Source: Macrostomum hystrix (taxonomy: Eukaryota; Animalia; Platyhelminthes). Taken from it: a stretch of DNA of 64,000 nucleotides. Under the pieces are notes generated by a model. It ran no database searches. It was not told where the DNA came from and worked only from the letters and a program-made list of their open reading frames with translations. Where the stretch lies: NCBI GenBank assembly GCA_950097015.1, contig CATNEN010000001.1, positions 12,586,001-12,650,000 on the forward strand, written 5' to 3'. Positions 24,811 to 36,000 of this stretch are shown here, in pieces. Position 1 is the stretch's first letter. The number at the start of each line of letters is the position of its first letter. The position numbers were made by a program, and so were the translations under genes.

Positions 24811-26040
24811 ATGAAACCATACAGCTACTTTGCTCTGATAGCAGTTTGTGTAATCCCAGCTGATAGTGACAATTTTAAGTTGACAAAGTTTGAGAAAGTG
24901 CAAGCCTGTGCCAGCAGAGCTCCGGTTTCAAAATCTAATCCAAGTTTGTCAACAGGAGCCATTAGCAAGGTGGAATGCGCTTCACAATGCTCCATCACAG
25001 CCGGTTGTTTTGGATACTACTGGTTTGTACAGCTTGAATCGTCGCATTGTAACTGGTTTAATGCGTGGCAATTTGTGCACAAAGACTCATGGACATCGCC
25101 GCAAACTGGTGATGATGACAGGCTGTGCGAACTATTTGTTTACGCAGGATTTGTGAACAGGATTGGCGGTGAGAAATGCATTCACTTTGATCTGAATCTG
25201 ATATTGGCAAGGATCTACTCGTAGCTAGCTAGGGGTGAGTGGCAAAGCGGTTAACGCATTTGCCTCTCGCATCACGGTCCCTGAGCTCGATTCATCGGCG
25301 AGGCCACATTTATTTGGGGTGCAGTCGCGGAGAGAAGGCTTGGGGGGCTTGTCGTGCAATTTACGTCCTTGAGGGCCAACCTCCAAGGCACAGTGAGAGT
25401 GTACACTGCCTGACGATGAGAAAGTCAGGGCAGATGTACACACCTGTGTCTGTGTCGGTTATTGTGCGCGTGTGTGCTCAGGAGTCAGCGAAATGGGCAG
25501 AACTGCCTCCTCGCTGGCTGCGGGTCTAGTGTCACCGAATGATGTGCCATTGAGATTGCCCTTTTGCAATGTACATGTATTATTATTATTAAGGATCTAG
25601 CTATGGTCTTGGCTAAGAAATATTATGATTGTTTCATAATTTCAGACAGCTATCAACTCAAAATTGGTGGTTGCGAGCAGAAGTCCACATACCTCGGTGG
25701 AACCTGCACGAAAGCTATCGATGGCGTACTCAATCAAATGTACTTTGGCGGTTCCTGCAGCCACACGCTAACTTCGCAGTCTGAATGGTGGGAAGCCCAC
25801 CTGTCAAGGCCATCTCTAATTTATTACGTCACCATCTACAACAGGCAGGACTGCTGCTCCGAGAGGTTGAACACATTCTTACTCCTGATTGATGGAATTG
25901 AGTGCAACCGGGTGAACCGCTCCGTGCCTTTTTCTGTTGTCAGCGTCAACTGTGTGGCCTTTGGTAGCCAAACTCGCGTGCTAAATCTGCAGTACTGGCC
26001 TGTGACCGTCTGTGAATTCGAAATTTTTGGTCTAGATTGA
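24811..26040 (+). CDS. Secreted PAN/Apple + F-type lectin (fucolectin) domain protein, 250 aa (exons 24811-25168, 25646-26040)
   Basis: Signal peptide MKPYSYFALIAVCVIPA. PAN-like ECASQCSITAGCFGYYW...C. Phase-1 GTGAGA...TTTCAG intron. FTL domain with AIDG and an intact H-x26-R-x-D-x4-R motif (CSHT...WWEAHL...YNRQDCCSERL). Paralog of the 20315-21216 gene. Confidence 0.85.
25228..25560 (+). mobile_element. tRNA-derived SINE family A (in lectin gene intron)
   Basis: A-box TGGCAAAGCGG, B-box-like GAGCTCGATTC; body shared with 6 other copies. Confidence 0.8.
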
Positions 26041-26095
26041 AAACCTTTATAGGACCTTGCCACATGAGATTTAGAAGGGCCGCCATGAATTCCTG

Positions 26096-26680
26096 TAAAG
26101 CTACGATGGATTTGGGTAAAGCTACCATCGGTTTCAGTAAAGCTACCATGGATTTGGGTAAAGCTACCATGGATTTGGGTAAAGCTACCATGGATTTGAG
26201 TAAAGCTACCATAGATTTGGGTAAAGCTACCATGGATTTGGGTAAAGATACAATGGATTTTTTAGAAGCTACCATGGATTTCGGTAAAGCTACCAAAGGT
26301 TTGGGTAAAGCTACCATGGATTTGGGTAAAGCTACCATGGATTTGGTAGAAGCTACCATAGATTTGGGTAAAGCTACCATGGGTTTTGCATAAAGCTACC
26401 ATGGATTTGGATAAAGCTACCATGGATTTGGGTAAAGCTACCATGGATTTGGATAAAGCTACCATAGATTTGGATAAAGCTACCATGGATTTGGGTAATT
26501 TGGGTAAAGCTACCATGGATTTGGGTAATTTGGGTAAAGCTACCATGGATTTGGGTAAAGCTACCATGGATTTGGGTAAAGCTAACATAGATTTGGTAGC
26601 TACCATTGATTTGGTAGCTACCATGGATTTGGGTAAAGCTACAAAATGTTTGGGTGAAGTTACCATGGATTTGGGTAAAA
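26096..26680. repeat. 21-bp minisatellite (AAAGCTACCATGGATTTGGGT)n
   Basis: Direct tandem copies just 3' of the lectin stop. Confidence 0.92.
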
Positions 26681-27279
26681 CTAGAATTGTGCATTGCAGA
26701 GAACTTTTTTCAAAAATTATAAAGTTATGAAACCTAAATATCTCTTTAACTACATTCTACAAGCTACTTTTAGTAGTATTTTTACTAAAATACGTCTATC
26801 AATAGAGCAATCAAAGAATTAAGAATCAAAAAAGGTCAGTTTATCATAAAGTTGCAGAAAACCTGATGTCTGTTTTATTGAAATTTTACAGATGTGGTTT
26901 TGATTGAGTGCATAATAAGCAAATCGACTGCATCAAAAAAGTCAATTTTTCATTTTATAACAATTTTCTTATACTAATTGAAAATATAATTACAAAATAT
27001 TTGTAACTTTTCAAATGAATACTGCTTATTGAATCGTTGCATTAGTTACACATTAATGAAACTATTGAAACCAATCGAACGTTTCTTTTAAATTTTTTAA
27101 TCGATAAAAGTTTTTATAAAAAAAAACACGCACAAACTACTTAGGATCCAACTCGTAAGTAGTTTCTCTGGAGTTTATGGGTATTTAGGTGAGCCAATAC
27201 CGATAGGCCAATAGAAATTGCCTTTTTCTCAAGGTCGCCTTTAAATTAGTAAATAATGGGTCACATAGCGCAGCTACGA

Positions 27280-27442
27280 GTTGTTCCAGCGGAGTTGGGA
27301 ATCGAACCTCCGACCTTCAACTTTTGAGTCCGACGCTTTTACCACTAACCACAAGGCTACAGAAATTTTCGGGAAAAAATTATTTTTGCCTAACAAGATG
27401 CGCTTCGAAAGCTTAAGTGTACAGCAGTTCAGTCCATGGACA
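27280..27442 (-). mobile_element. tRNA-derived SINE family B fragments
   Basis: Reverse complement of the tRNA head (GGGAATCGAACCTCCGACCTTCAA...GAGTCCGACGC) and the GTTCAGTCCATGGAC tail motif. Confidence 0.6.
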
Positions 27443-27682
27443 AAACGAGAGCCAAAGTGTCTTCCTCAAGGACGCAATCTTTTTCCTTTACTAGTGTAAG
27501 ATTCAAACCCAGGGCGTCCCGCTAGAAAATAAAACAATTAACTTCGAATTTAAGGAAGAAATAAATCACATCAACTTCAATCAACGAGGTAGACAATCGA
27601 GAATTTAACTAGTTGAAACAAATGAATGAAGGGTAGATAAAATCAAAGATTTCATAGTCGGGGTGTTCTAGGGTGGGCCGTG

Positions 27683-28351
27683 TCAGACCATAGTCGTCTG
27701 GCCGCCATCTTCTTCTGGAATTTCAACGTCAACTTTGAATGCGTGGGCGGGGCTGAGGTCTCGATACTTGCCCAGGGTGGCTGCGGGCCCGATTGTCGCC
27801 GTGGCTGCCGCCGAGGCATTGCCCGACGGTCTCTGAGGATGACGATTTGGTAGAGTCCAACTGCCTGTCATGCGGGGCTGTACAGTTGACGTCAGCTGCT
27901 GCTGCTGCTGCTGCTGGAGCATGAATTCGTTGGTTGGTAGGCTGGTGTAGCCTATTGGCGACGACTGTGATGCTAATCGACCGTTTCTTATTGTCGCTTG
28001 CTGCTGCTGCTGCTGCTGTTGCTGTTGTAAAAGGCGTTGCTGCTGCTGCTGCTGCTGCTGCAACAAATGCTGCTGCTGCTGCTGCTGATGCTGATGCTGT
28101 TGACGCGATCGAAGTCGACCAACCTGATAATAGATGCCAAAGAAGACGAGAACGTTGAGCACAAGCAGAGCACAGCCAGCAGCAATTGTCCAGACCAGAG
28201 CTCGATGCCCGTCAGCGCCTCTGGAACCAAGGATGACATCGGCTGACTCGGTGGCAGGCCCTGAACCACCGACTGGAGGCTGGTCGCCCCAGTTCATTCC
28301 GCTGCTGCCGCGGCTTCCGCCGAGTGAGGAGTCGCTGTTGCTAGTGGCAAC
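27683..28351 (-). CDS. NLGN: Neuroligin exon 7 (TM, polyQ cytoplasmic tail, PDZ ligand)
   Basis: Acceptor ccgtag|GTT; TM helix; ends QTTMV*. Confidence 0.88.
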   Translation of the reverse strand, partial: VATSNSDSSLGGSRGSSGMNWGDQPPVGGSGPATESADVILGSRGADGHRALVWTIAAGCALLVLNVLVFFGIYYQVGRLRSRQQHQHQQQQQQHLLQQQQQQQQRLLQQQQQQQQQQATIRNGRLASQSSPIGYTSLPTNEFMLQQQQQQQLTSTVQPRMTGSWTLPNRHPQRPSGNASAAATATIGPAATLGKYRDLSPAHAFKVDVEIPEEDGGQTTMV

Positions 28352-31300
28352 CTACGGAATTCGTTTCGGGTGAGATTGGAATGGGGTGAGATTGGAATGG
28401 GGTGAGATTGGAATGGGGTGAGATTGGAATGGGTTGAGATTGGAATGGTGTGAGATTGGAATGGGGTGAGATTGGAATGGGGTGAGATTGGAATGGGGTG
28501 AGATTGGACTGGGGTGAGATTGGAATGGGGTGAGATTGGAATGGGGTGAGATTGGAATGGGGTGAGATTGGAATGGGGTGAGATTAGAATGGGGTGAGAT
28601 TGGAATAGGGTGAGATTGGAATGGGGTGAGATTGGAATGGGGTGAGATTAGAATGGGGTGAGATTGGAATGGGGAGAGATTGGAATGGGGTGAGATTGGA
28701 ATGGGGTGAGATTGGAATGGGGTGAGATTGGACTGGGGTGAGTGAACATACCGAGAGAACCCCGCCGCCAGGTCTTGCATCCTGCAGGCTGTAGGGCGGT
28801 CGCTGCTGCTGCGGCTGCTGCCGAAGGACCTCCTTGGTCGGGATAGTCGCGGGCGCCCGCGTCGGCCTGGGCCTCGGCGCCACCAATGCCGGGGTGGAAA
28901 ACTTGGCCTTCAGGTCGATGAGGGCCGCCTCAGCTTCGAACAGGGAGACATTGCGCAGGTCGCGCAGAACGTGGTAGCTCGGCGGTAGGCCGTCGTCGCG
29001 GTGAAGTTTTGGCAGCAGATGATTCCACAGGCTCATTGTGCGCGGCTCATAGTGACTCCGCATGGCTTCGGCGGTGCCTTTGTCTTGGGGATCAATGAGA
29101 TGATACGGCATCTCTCTCCAGCGAGTGTCTGTGTCTTATCTCTCCCCTGTCTTATCTCTCCCGTGTCTCATCTCTCCCCTGTCTTATCTCTGCCGTGTCT
29201 TATCTCTCCCATGTCTCATCTCCCCTGTCTTATCTCTCCCGTGTCTCATCTCTCCCCTGTCTTATCTCTGCCGTGTCTTATCTCTCCCATGTCTCATCTC
29301 CCCTGTCTTATCTCTGCCGTGTCGCATCTCTCCCCTGTATTATCTCTCCTCTGTCTGATCTCTCCAGTGTCCCATCTCTCATGTCGCATGTTTATTATGT
29401 GGAAAATATATCGCATAAAACACCAGAGCTGCTACTAACTAAGTAGTGCAAGCGAAAAGTAGCTCACCTATATAGAGATAGCTCTCAGACTGGCTGGTGA
29501 AGGCAGGCCAGGTCACTCCGGAGAATCTGTTGGTGATGTGACCGCCGAACTGGGAGGTCTGGTTCAGCGGTCGATTCGGATTGCTGAAAAAAACACGACT
29601 TGTTTTTTATAGTTAACACAATTTAATGAGGCCTTGTTAATACATTGTCGATAGACTCGGACTGAATAAAACACGACTATTCTAACGAGCTGTCGTGTCG
29701 TTGGACCCCGCTTCTGTATTGTCTTTGAGTGCATCGATAAAATAGTACATTCATCTTCATCCTATTTATCTGATCTCTCCCCAGTCCGATCTCTCCTGTG
29801 TCTCCTCTCTCACCTGACTTATCTCTGCCCTGTCTTATCTCTCCCCATCTCATCTCTCCTGTGTCTCATCTCTCTCGTGTCTCATCTCTCTCTTGTCTCA
29901 TCTCTCTCGTGTCTCATCTCTCCATTGTCTCATCTCTCCATTGTCTCATCTCTCCATTGTCTCATCTCTCCATTGTCTCATCTCTCCATTGTCTCATCTC
30001 TCCATTGTCTCATCTCTCGATTGTCTCATCTCTCCATTGTCTCATCTCTCCATTGTCTCATCTCTCCATTGTCTCATCTCTCCATTGTCTCATCTCTCCA
30101 TTGTCTCATCTCTCCATTGTCTCATCTTTCCCTGTCCCATCTCTCCATTGTCTCATCTCTCCATTGTCTCATCTCTCCATTGCCTCATCTCTCCATTGTC
30201 TCATCTCTCCCTGTCTCATCTCTCCATTGTCTCATCTCTCCATTGTCTCATCTCTCCATTATCCCATCTCTCCATTGTCTCATCTCTCCATTGTCTCATC
30301 TCTCCATTGTCTCATCTCTCCATTATCCCATCTCTCCATTGTCTCATCTCTCCATTGTCTCATCTCTCCATTGTCTCATCTCTCCATTGTCTATCACTCC
30401 TGTGTCTCTCTCCCGTTTCTCATTTCTCCATTGTCTCTTCTCTCTTCGTTGTTTCATCTCCCCCTATCTAATCCCTTGCGTGTCTCACTCCATGTGCCAT
30501 AGAAAGGTGCATTGTAAGCGTCCACTCACCCGGAGACAACAAAATTGCCCAGATACCGCAGGCTTGCCTCGGCCAGCATTCTATCCTCAAGAAAATAATT
30601 GCCAGACCAGGGCGCTAGCGGGTGCTGCTCTGTGGACAGCAACGGTGCGCCCAATGCGAAGGCCAGATCGTCCAGCCACAGTCCGCCGGCCCATCTGGGA
30701 TGCTGCGGCACAGATGAGGCATAGCCAAACACGTACGCGTATGTAGCCGCTCCGCTAGACCGAGCATGCAGCTGAGCAGTTCTCAAGCTTGGCGCAGAAA
30801 ACAGGGCGTCAGTCAGCAGGTCGACGCATCGCCGAGCGAGCCAGATCGCTCTGGACTGATCGCCACGATGCGGCGTGCTGGAATCGGCGTAGTGATTCGC
30901 CAGGACGTCCAGGATAGTCTGCTGTCGGTAGCGATAGGTCTGGTGCACCAGAGTGCGCAGAACTCGTTCGAACTCTGGCGCATCCATGCCGGACTTCAGA
31001 TAGTGCTCAGCTATGAGATGCTGGGCCGAGTGACGACCGAAGCCCAGCAGTAAGTTGGCGCTATTCAGAGCTGCCTCAGGAGCAGACATCTCAACTTCGA
31101 CGTTGTTGGAGAAGAACCCGCTGTCGGACGGTACCGGGCCGAGGCGGCTGGCGTACTTCAACGGCGGTACGGCCAGTTCGGCTTCCAGGATGCGACCAAT
31201 TGACACGGAGCGCATTCGAGACATCAGCGCTCCGCCAGTCGCCAAGGAGCTGAAGTTCAACTTGTTCAACAGGCGATCCGAATAGTACTGAAAGTACGGA

Positions 31301-32643
31301 CTCGTGGCCCAAGACGCGTGGGCAGTGCCGCCCATCAGGATGAGGTTGCGAACTCCCATGAAGCTTTCTCCGGGCGATACTGAAAATTTATATGGGAACT
31401 GTGATGCAATCTATCCTGGACTATTTATCGATTGGGATATGTACGTAATTAGAAGCCTTTAGTTGTTTTAGCAGTGTAAAATTTTACGCTCTATCCGATG
31501 AAACAACTTCCAGAATAACAAAACATCGGCATCGTCGTGATTATCACGTCGTGATGCGCACCTCTAGTCTGTCTGTCTGTCTTTCCCGAGTTTGGGAAAG
31601 AGGTTGTAGCCTAGTAGTTAGGGCGTCGGACTCACGACTTGAAGGTCGGGGCTTCGATTCCCGACTCCACTGGAACAATTTGTGTCCTTTAGCAAGACAC
31701 TTAACTCTGCATTGCTACAGTTCACCCAGCTGTTAAATGTGTTACCAGCATCAGCTGGGATAATTGAAGGTGGGTGTGGCGTCCCCCCCAGTCCATGGAC
31801 TGAACAGCCGTACGCAGCCTTCAGATTTTGGCAGGTGTAACCAATTATTATTATTATTGGCAACAACTGACCCGTACTTTCTAGATTAAATTAAAAAACC
31901 AACAGCATCGAAACTAGAAGAACATTTCTTGCGCTCTAGAAATCTAAACGTCCCTGCCGTCTGTTTGGAACAAGCGACTCGTGGGATTTCGTCTTGTTTT
32001 TTTGGGTGGGGCGCTAATTACACATGGGCGCGTTCAGCTCCTTAGTCAGATTTGGCAGCGTGCAATGTCAGTTGAGGACAAAAATGCGATGATGATAAGT
32101 GAAAGACCCAAGTTTGGGGAAAAAAATATCGAGGGCGCATTGTGGGGGCGCGCTGCACGCAAACATCCCTATCCCATAGGAACGCCTTCGCTTCCCCATC
32201 CTCAGTCTCCTCTCGCGCCCACCACCTCATATTGCATCGAGCCTCGAGACGCTCAGGGTGCAGTCCTGCTGTCAAAAAAAATTTTCGGTTCCAAGAAATC
32301 CCACATTTATCCCCAATAAATGGTTCTGTTCCCTTTTCTGTCTCACGAGATGCCAAGCCTGTGGGTGGCGTGACAATGCAGCTCACTTTTTTTCCGTCAT
32401 CGTTTTAGACTAGCCCAGGCACCAACACTTTTTGTCTGGGAAAATTGACTGCCTTGGCTTGCTAAGAAACTGCTGGGTTGTCCGTGTGGGCTGTCTGTCT
32501 GTCTGCCAGTCTGTCTGCCAGTCTGTCTGTCTGCCAGTCTGTCTGTCTGCCAGTCTGTCTGTCTGCCAGTCTGTCTGCCAGTCTGTCTTTTTTGGGTGTC
32601 TGTCTGTCTGTCCTGGGTGTCTGTCTGTCTGTCCTCTCTGTCC

Positions 32644-32675
<32 letters not shown>

Positions 32676-32879
32676 CTGGGTGTCTGTCTGTCTGTCCTCT
32701 CTGTCCTGTCTGTCTGTCTGTCTGTCCTGGGTGTCTGTCTGTCTGTCTGTCTCTCTGTCCTGTCTGTTCTCTCTGTCTGTCAGTCTGTCTGTCTGTCTGT
32801 CTGTCTCTCTGTCCTGTCTGTTCTCTCTGTCTGTCAGTCTGTCTGTCTGTCTGTCTGTCTCTCTGTCCTGTCTGTTCTC

Positions 32880-32918
<39 letters not shown>

Positions 32919-33008
32919 GTCCTGTCTGTTCTCTCTGTCTGTCTGTCTGTCTGTCTGTCTGTCCTGGGTGTCTGTCTGTCTGTCTGTCTCTCTGTCCTGT
33001 CTGTTCTC

Positions 33009-33043
<35 letters not shown>

Positions 33044-36000
33044 GTCCTGTCTGTTCTCTCTGTCTGTCTCTCTGTCTGTCTGTCTGTCCTGGGTGTCTGT
33101 CTGTCTGTCTCTCTGTCCTGTCTGTCTGTCTGTCTTTCCTGGGTGTCTGTCGGTCTGTCTGTCCGTATGTTGTCTGTCTCGATTATCTTTATTCTTATAT
33201 CCTGTCTAAAGATGATCTCCTTCATTGAAATAAATATATCGAAAACTGTCAGACATTTAAAAAATCAGGAAACAAAAGTCTGTCAAGCTCTTTTTTGTCA
33301 AGCAAAAATGGAAAACTCAAATTGTCTTCTAATTGTCTCTAAAAAAGCTTTTAGCTGTTCCTGCTGTTTTGAGTTCAAACAAATTTTGTCTCCTTTTGAT
33401 AGCAGCAGCTAAAGATAATAACTCAGGGAAGTTAAAGTGTTTAGAAGGATGCCTTCCCACTTAAATCGGGTTAGTTGCAACGCGTCTAACGGTTTTTAGT
33501 TCGCGCCCAGCCAAGTGGAAATCCTTCAGCTCTCTTCCTGGGGGGTGCTCACTGAGAAGTGAGGTGTGAACAACTCACGCTAAACCACCAGGCCAACTCA
33601 AATTGTTGAGTGGGGGAATGGTCTGAGGGAGGGAAAGGCGACGGAAGAATGTATTTTTTTAGTTAAGTAAAACGGACGTTTTGGGAATCTAGAAGCTGGG
33701 TGGCTAGAATGACTGACACACTTGGTGTGTGTGTGCGCGTGTGTGTGTGTTTAAGCCTCAAGAATTTGGCCTAGATTTCTTCGCGGAACAAGAATCGAGA
33801 AAACACAAAACTTTCTTTTAGCGTCTCTACTGCCAGTTGAACTTGAAGAATGCATTCAAAGGCTGGCAATGAAAAGCCAGATTTAGAACAATGGCAGCTA
33901 TAAGCTTTGTCACTTGGCAATTGTTAGTTTTAAACTTGAGTGTACGTAGCTTTTACTCGTGATACTTTTCTGTCGTAGTTTTTTACTTGCTTATATTGTT
34001 ATTGGCGATGGCCCATCATTTGGTGACACTAGACCCGCAGCCAGCGAGGAGGCAGTCCTGCCCATTTCGCTGACTCCTGAGCACACACTCAACACAGGTG
34101 TGTACATCTGCCCTGACTTTCTCATCGCCAAGCAGTGTACACTCTCACTGTGCCTTGGAGGCTGGCCCTCCAAGGCGTCGATTGCACGACAAGCCCACAA
34201 GCCTTCTCTCCGCGGCTGCGCTCCAAATGAATGTGGCTTCGACACAGAATCGAGCTCAGGACCTCGAGGGACGTTCATCTGGGGCATTTTTTAGCATTTT
34301 TGTTTAGTTAACGCAGTCCCATAATACAGTTTATATTGTAATCAATGAAATCAGAGATTTCAGCAGAAAAAAACTCGACCCAACCTGTCAGTTGGCTCAA
34401 GTCAGTCAAGAAGCATAAAACAAGAGCTATGACTTCATCAATTAACCGAGTCTTTCTTATAGTTCACGCGAACAGCTATTGGCATCAATTAGGGCACGAC
34501 AGCTGCTGTTGTGAAAGTTAATTGGTGTCCAATGGCGGGTGTTTCTGAGGGACATAAATCTCTGATCGTTTGGTTGCTATGCCGGCAGATTGTGGGTCAA
34601 GCTTACCACCTCTAGAGAGAGCTTCACCTGTTCTAGAGAGAGTGGGTCAAAAAGCACCAAATTTTTTTTCAAAACAGACTAGCACCAGATTTGATCCAGG
34701 ATTATCAAACTAAGAAATACGAGTACTATCTCACACAAGCTAACCTAAATTTTAAAATCATGTTCTCTATAGAGAGAGAGAAAATGTTACCTGTTCTAGA
34801 CAGAAAATTTAACCTGCTCTACAGAGAGTTTTACCTGTTCTAGAGTCTGTTTTTCCTGTTCTAGAGAGAAAGTTTCACCCGTTCTAGAGTGAAAGTTTCA
34901 CCTGTTCTAGAGTGAGAGTTTCACCCGTTCTAGAGTGAGAGTTTCACCCGCTCTAGAGAAAAAGTTTCACCCGTTCTAGAGTGAGAGTTTCACCTGTTCT
35001 AGAGTGAGAGTTTCACCCGCTCTAGAGTGAGAGTTTCACCTGTTCTAGAGTGAGAGTTTCACCTGTTCTAGAGTGAGAGTTTCACCTGTTCTAGAGTGAG
35101 AGTTTCACCTGTTCTAGAGTGAGAGTTTCACCTGTTCTAGAGTGAGAGTTTCACCCGTTCTAGAGTGAGAGTTTCACCTGTTCTAGAGTGAGAGTTTCAC
35201 CTGTTCTAGAGTGAGAGTTTCACCTGTTCTAGAGTGAGAGTTTCACCTGTTCTAGAGTGAGAGTTTCCCCTGTTCTAGAGTGAGAGTTTCACCTGTTCTA
35301 GAGTGAGAGTTTCACCTGTTCTAGAGTGAGAGTTTCACCCGTTCTAGAGTGAGAGTTTCCCCTGTTCTAGAGTGAGAGTTTCACCTGTTCTAGAGTGAGA
35401 GTTTCACCTGTTCTAGAGTGAGAGTTTCACCCGTTCTAGAGTGAGAGTTTCACCTGTTCTAGAGTGAGAGTTTCACCTGTTCTAGGGAATGAGTTTCACC
35501 TGTTCTAGAGAGAGAGTTTCAACTGTTCTAGAGTGAGAGTTTCACCTGTTCTAGAGTGAGAGTTTCACCTGTTCTAGAGTGAGAGTTTCACCTGTTCTAG
35601 AGTGAGAGTTTCACCTGTTCTAGGGAATGAGTTTTACCTGTTCTAGAGAGTGAGTTTTACCTGTTCTAGAGTGAGAGTTTCACCTGTTCTAGAGTGAGAG
35701 TTTTACCTGTTATAGAGGGAATCAGCCTCACTTGTTCGAGTGAGAGCTGGAGTAACTCATTTTCAGCTTTTTCTATTCTCAATTCTTGCAAACATTTATT
35801 AATCATTAATATTATAATAATTTATGAGCTGCTACTCTATCTGTGCCAGAAACAAGACCCCGGCCCTGTCTTTCCCTCTCTGTCAGGAAATATTTTCTGC
35901 ATAATTTATCGCCGATTGGTTAAGCAACTTGGTGTGAGTCTCCATTTTCTATACCGTAGTCCATTTTTTTGCGAGCGATATATGTAAAAGAAAACAGCAG

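Noticed and set aside
25405-25430. Hammerhead ribozyme core (CTGACGA...GAAA) in SINE family A
   Set aside because: No stem II and no consistent stems I/III; the motif lies within an ordinary hairpin.
25490-25560. HDV-like ribozyme in SINE family A (GCCTCCTCGCTGGC matches HDV P3/L3)
   Set aside because: There is no upstream P1 strand, P1.1 GG or P2 partner in the required order. The bases are better explained by a simple hairpin, and the motif varies between copies.
31600-31670. tRNA gene
   Set aside because: The acceptor stem is not intact and the sequence continues into a SINE body that has other copies in the window.
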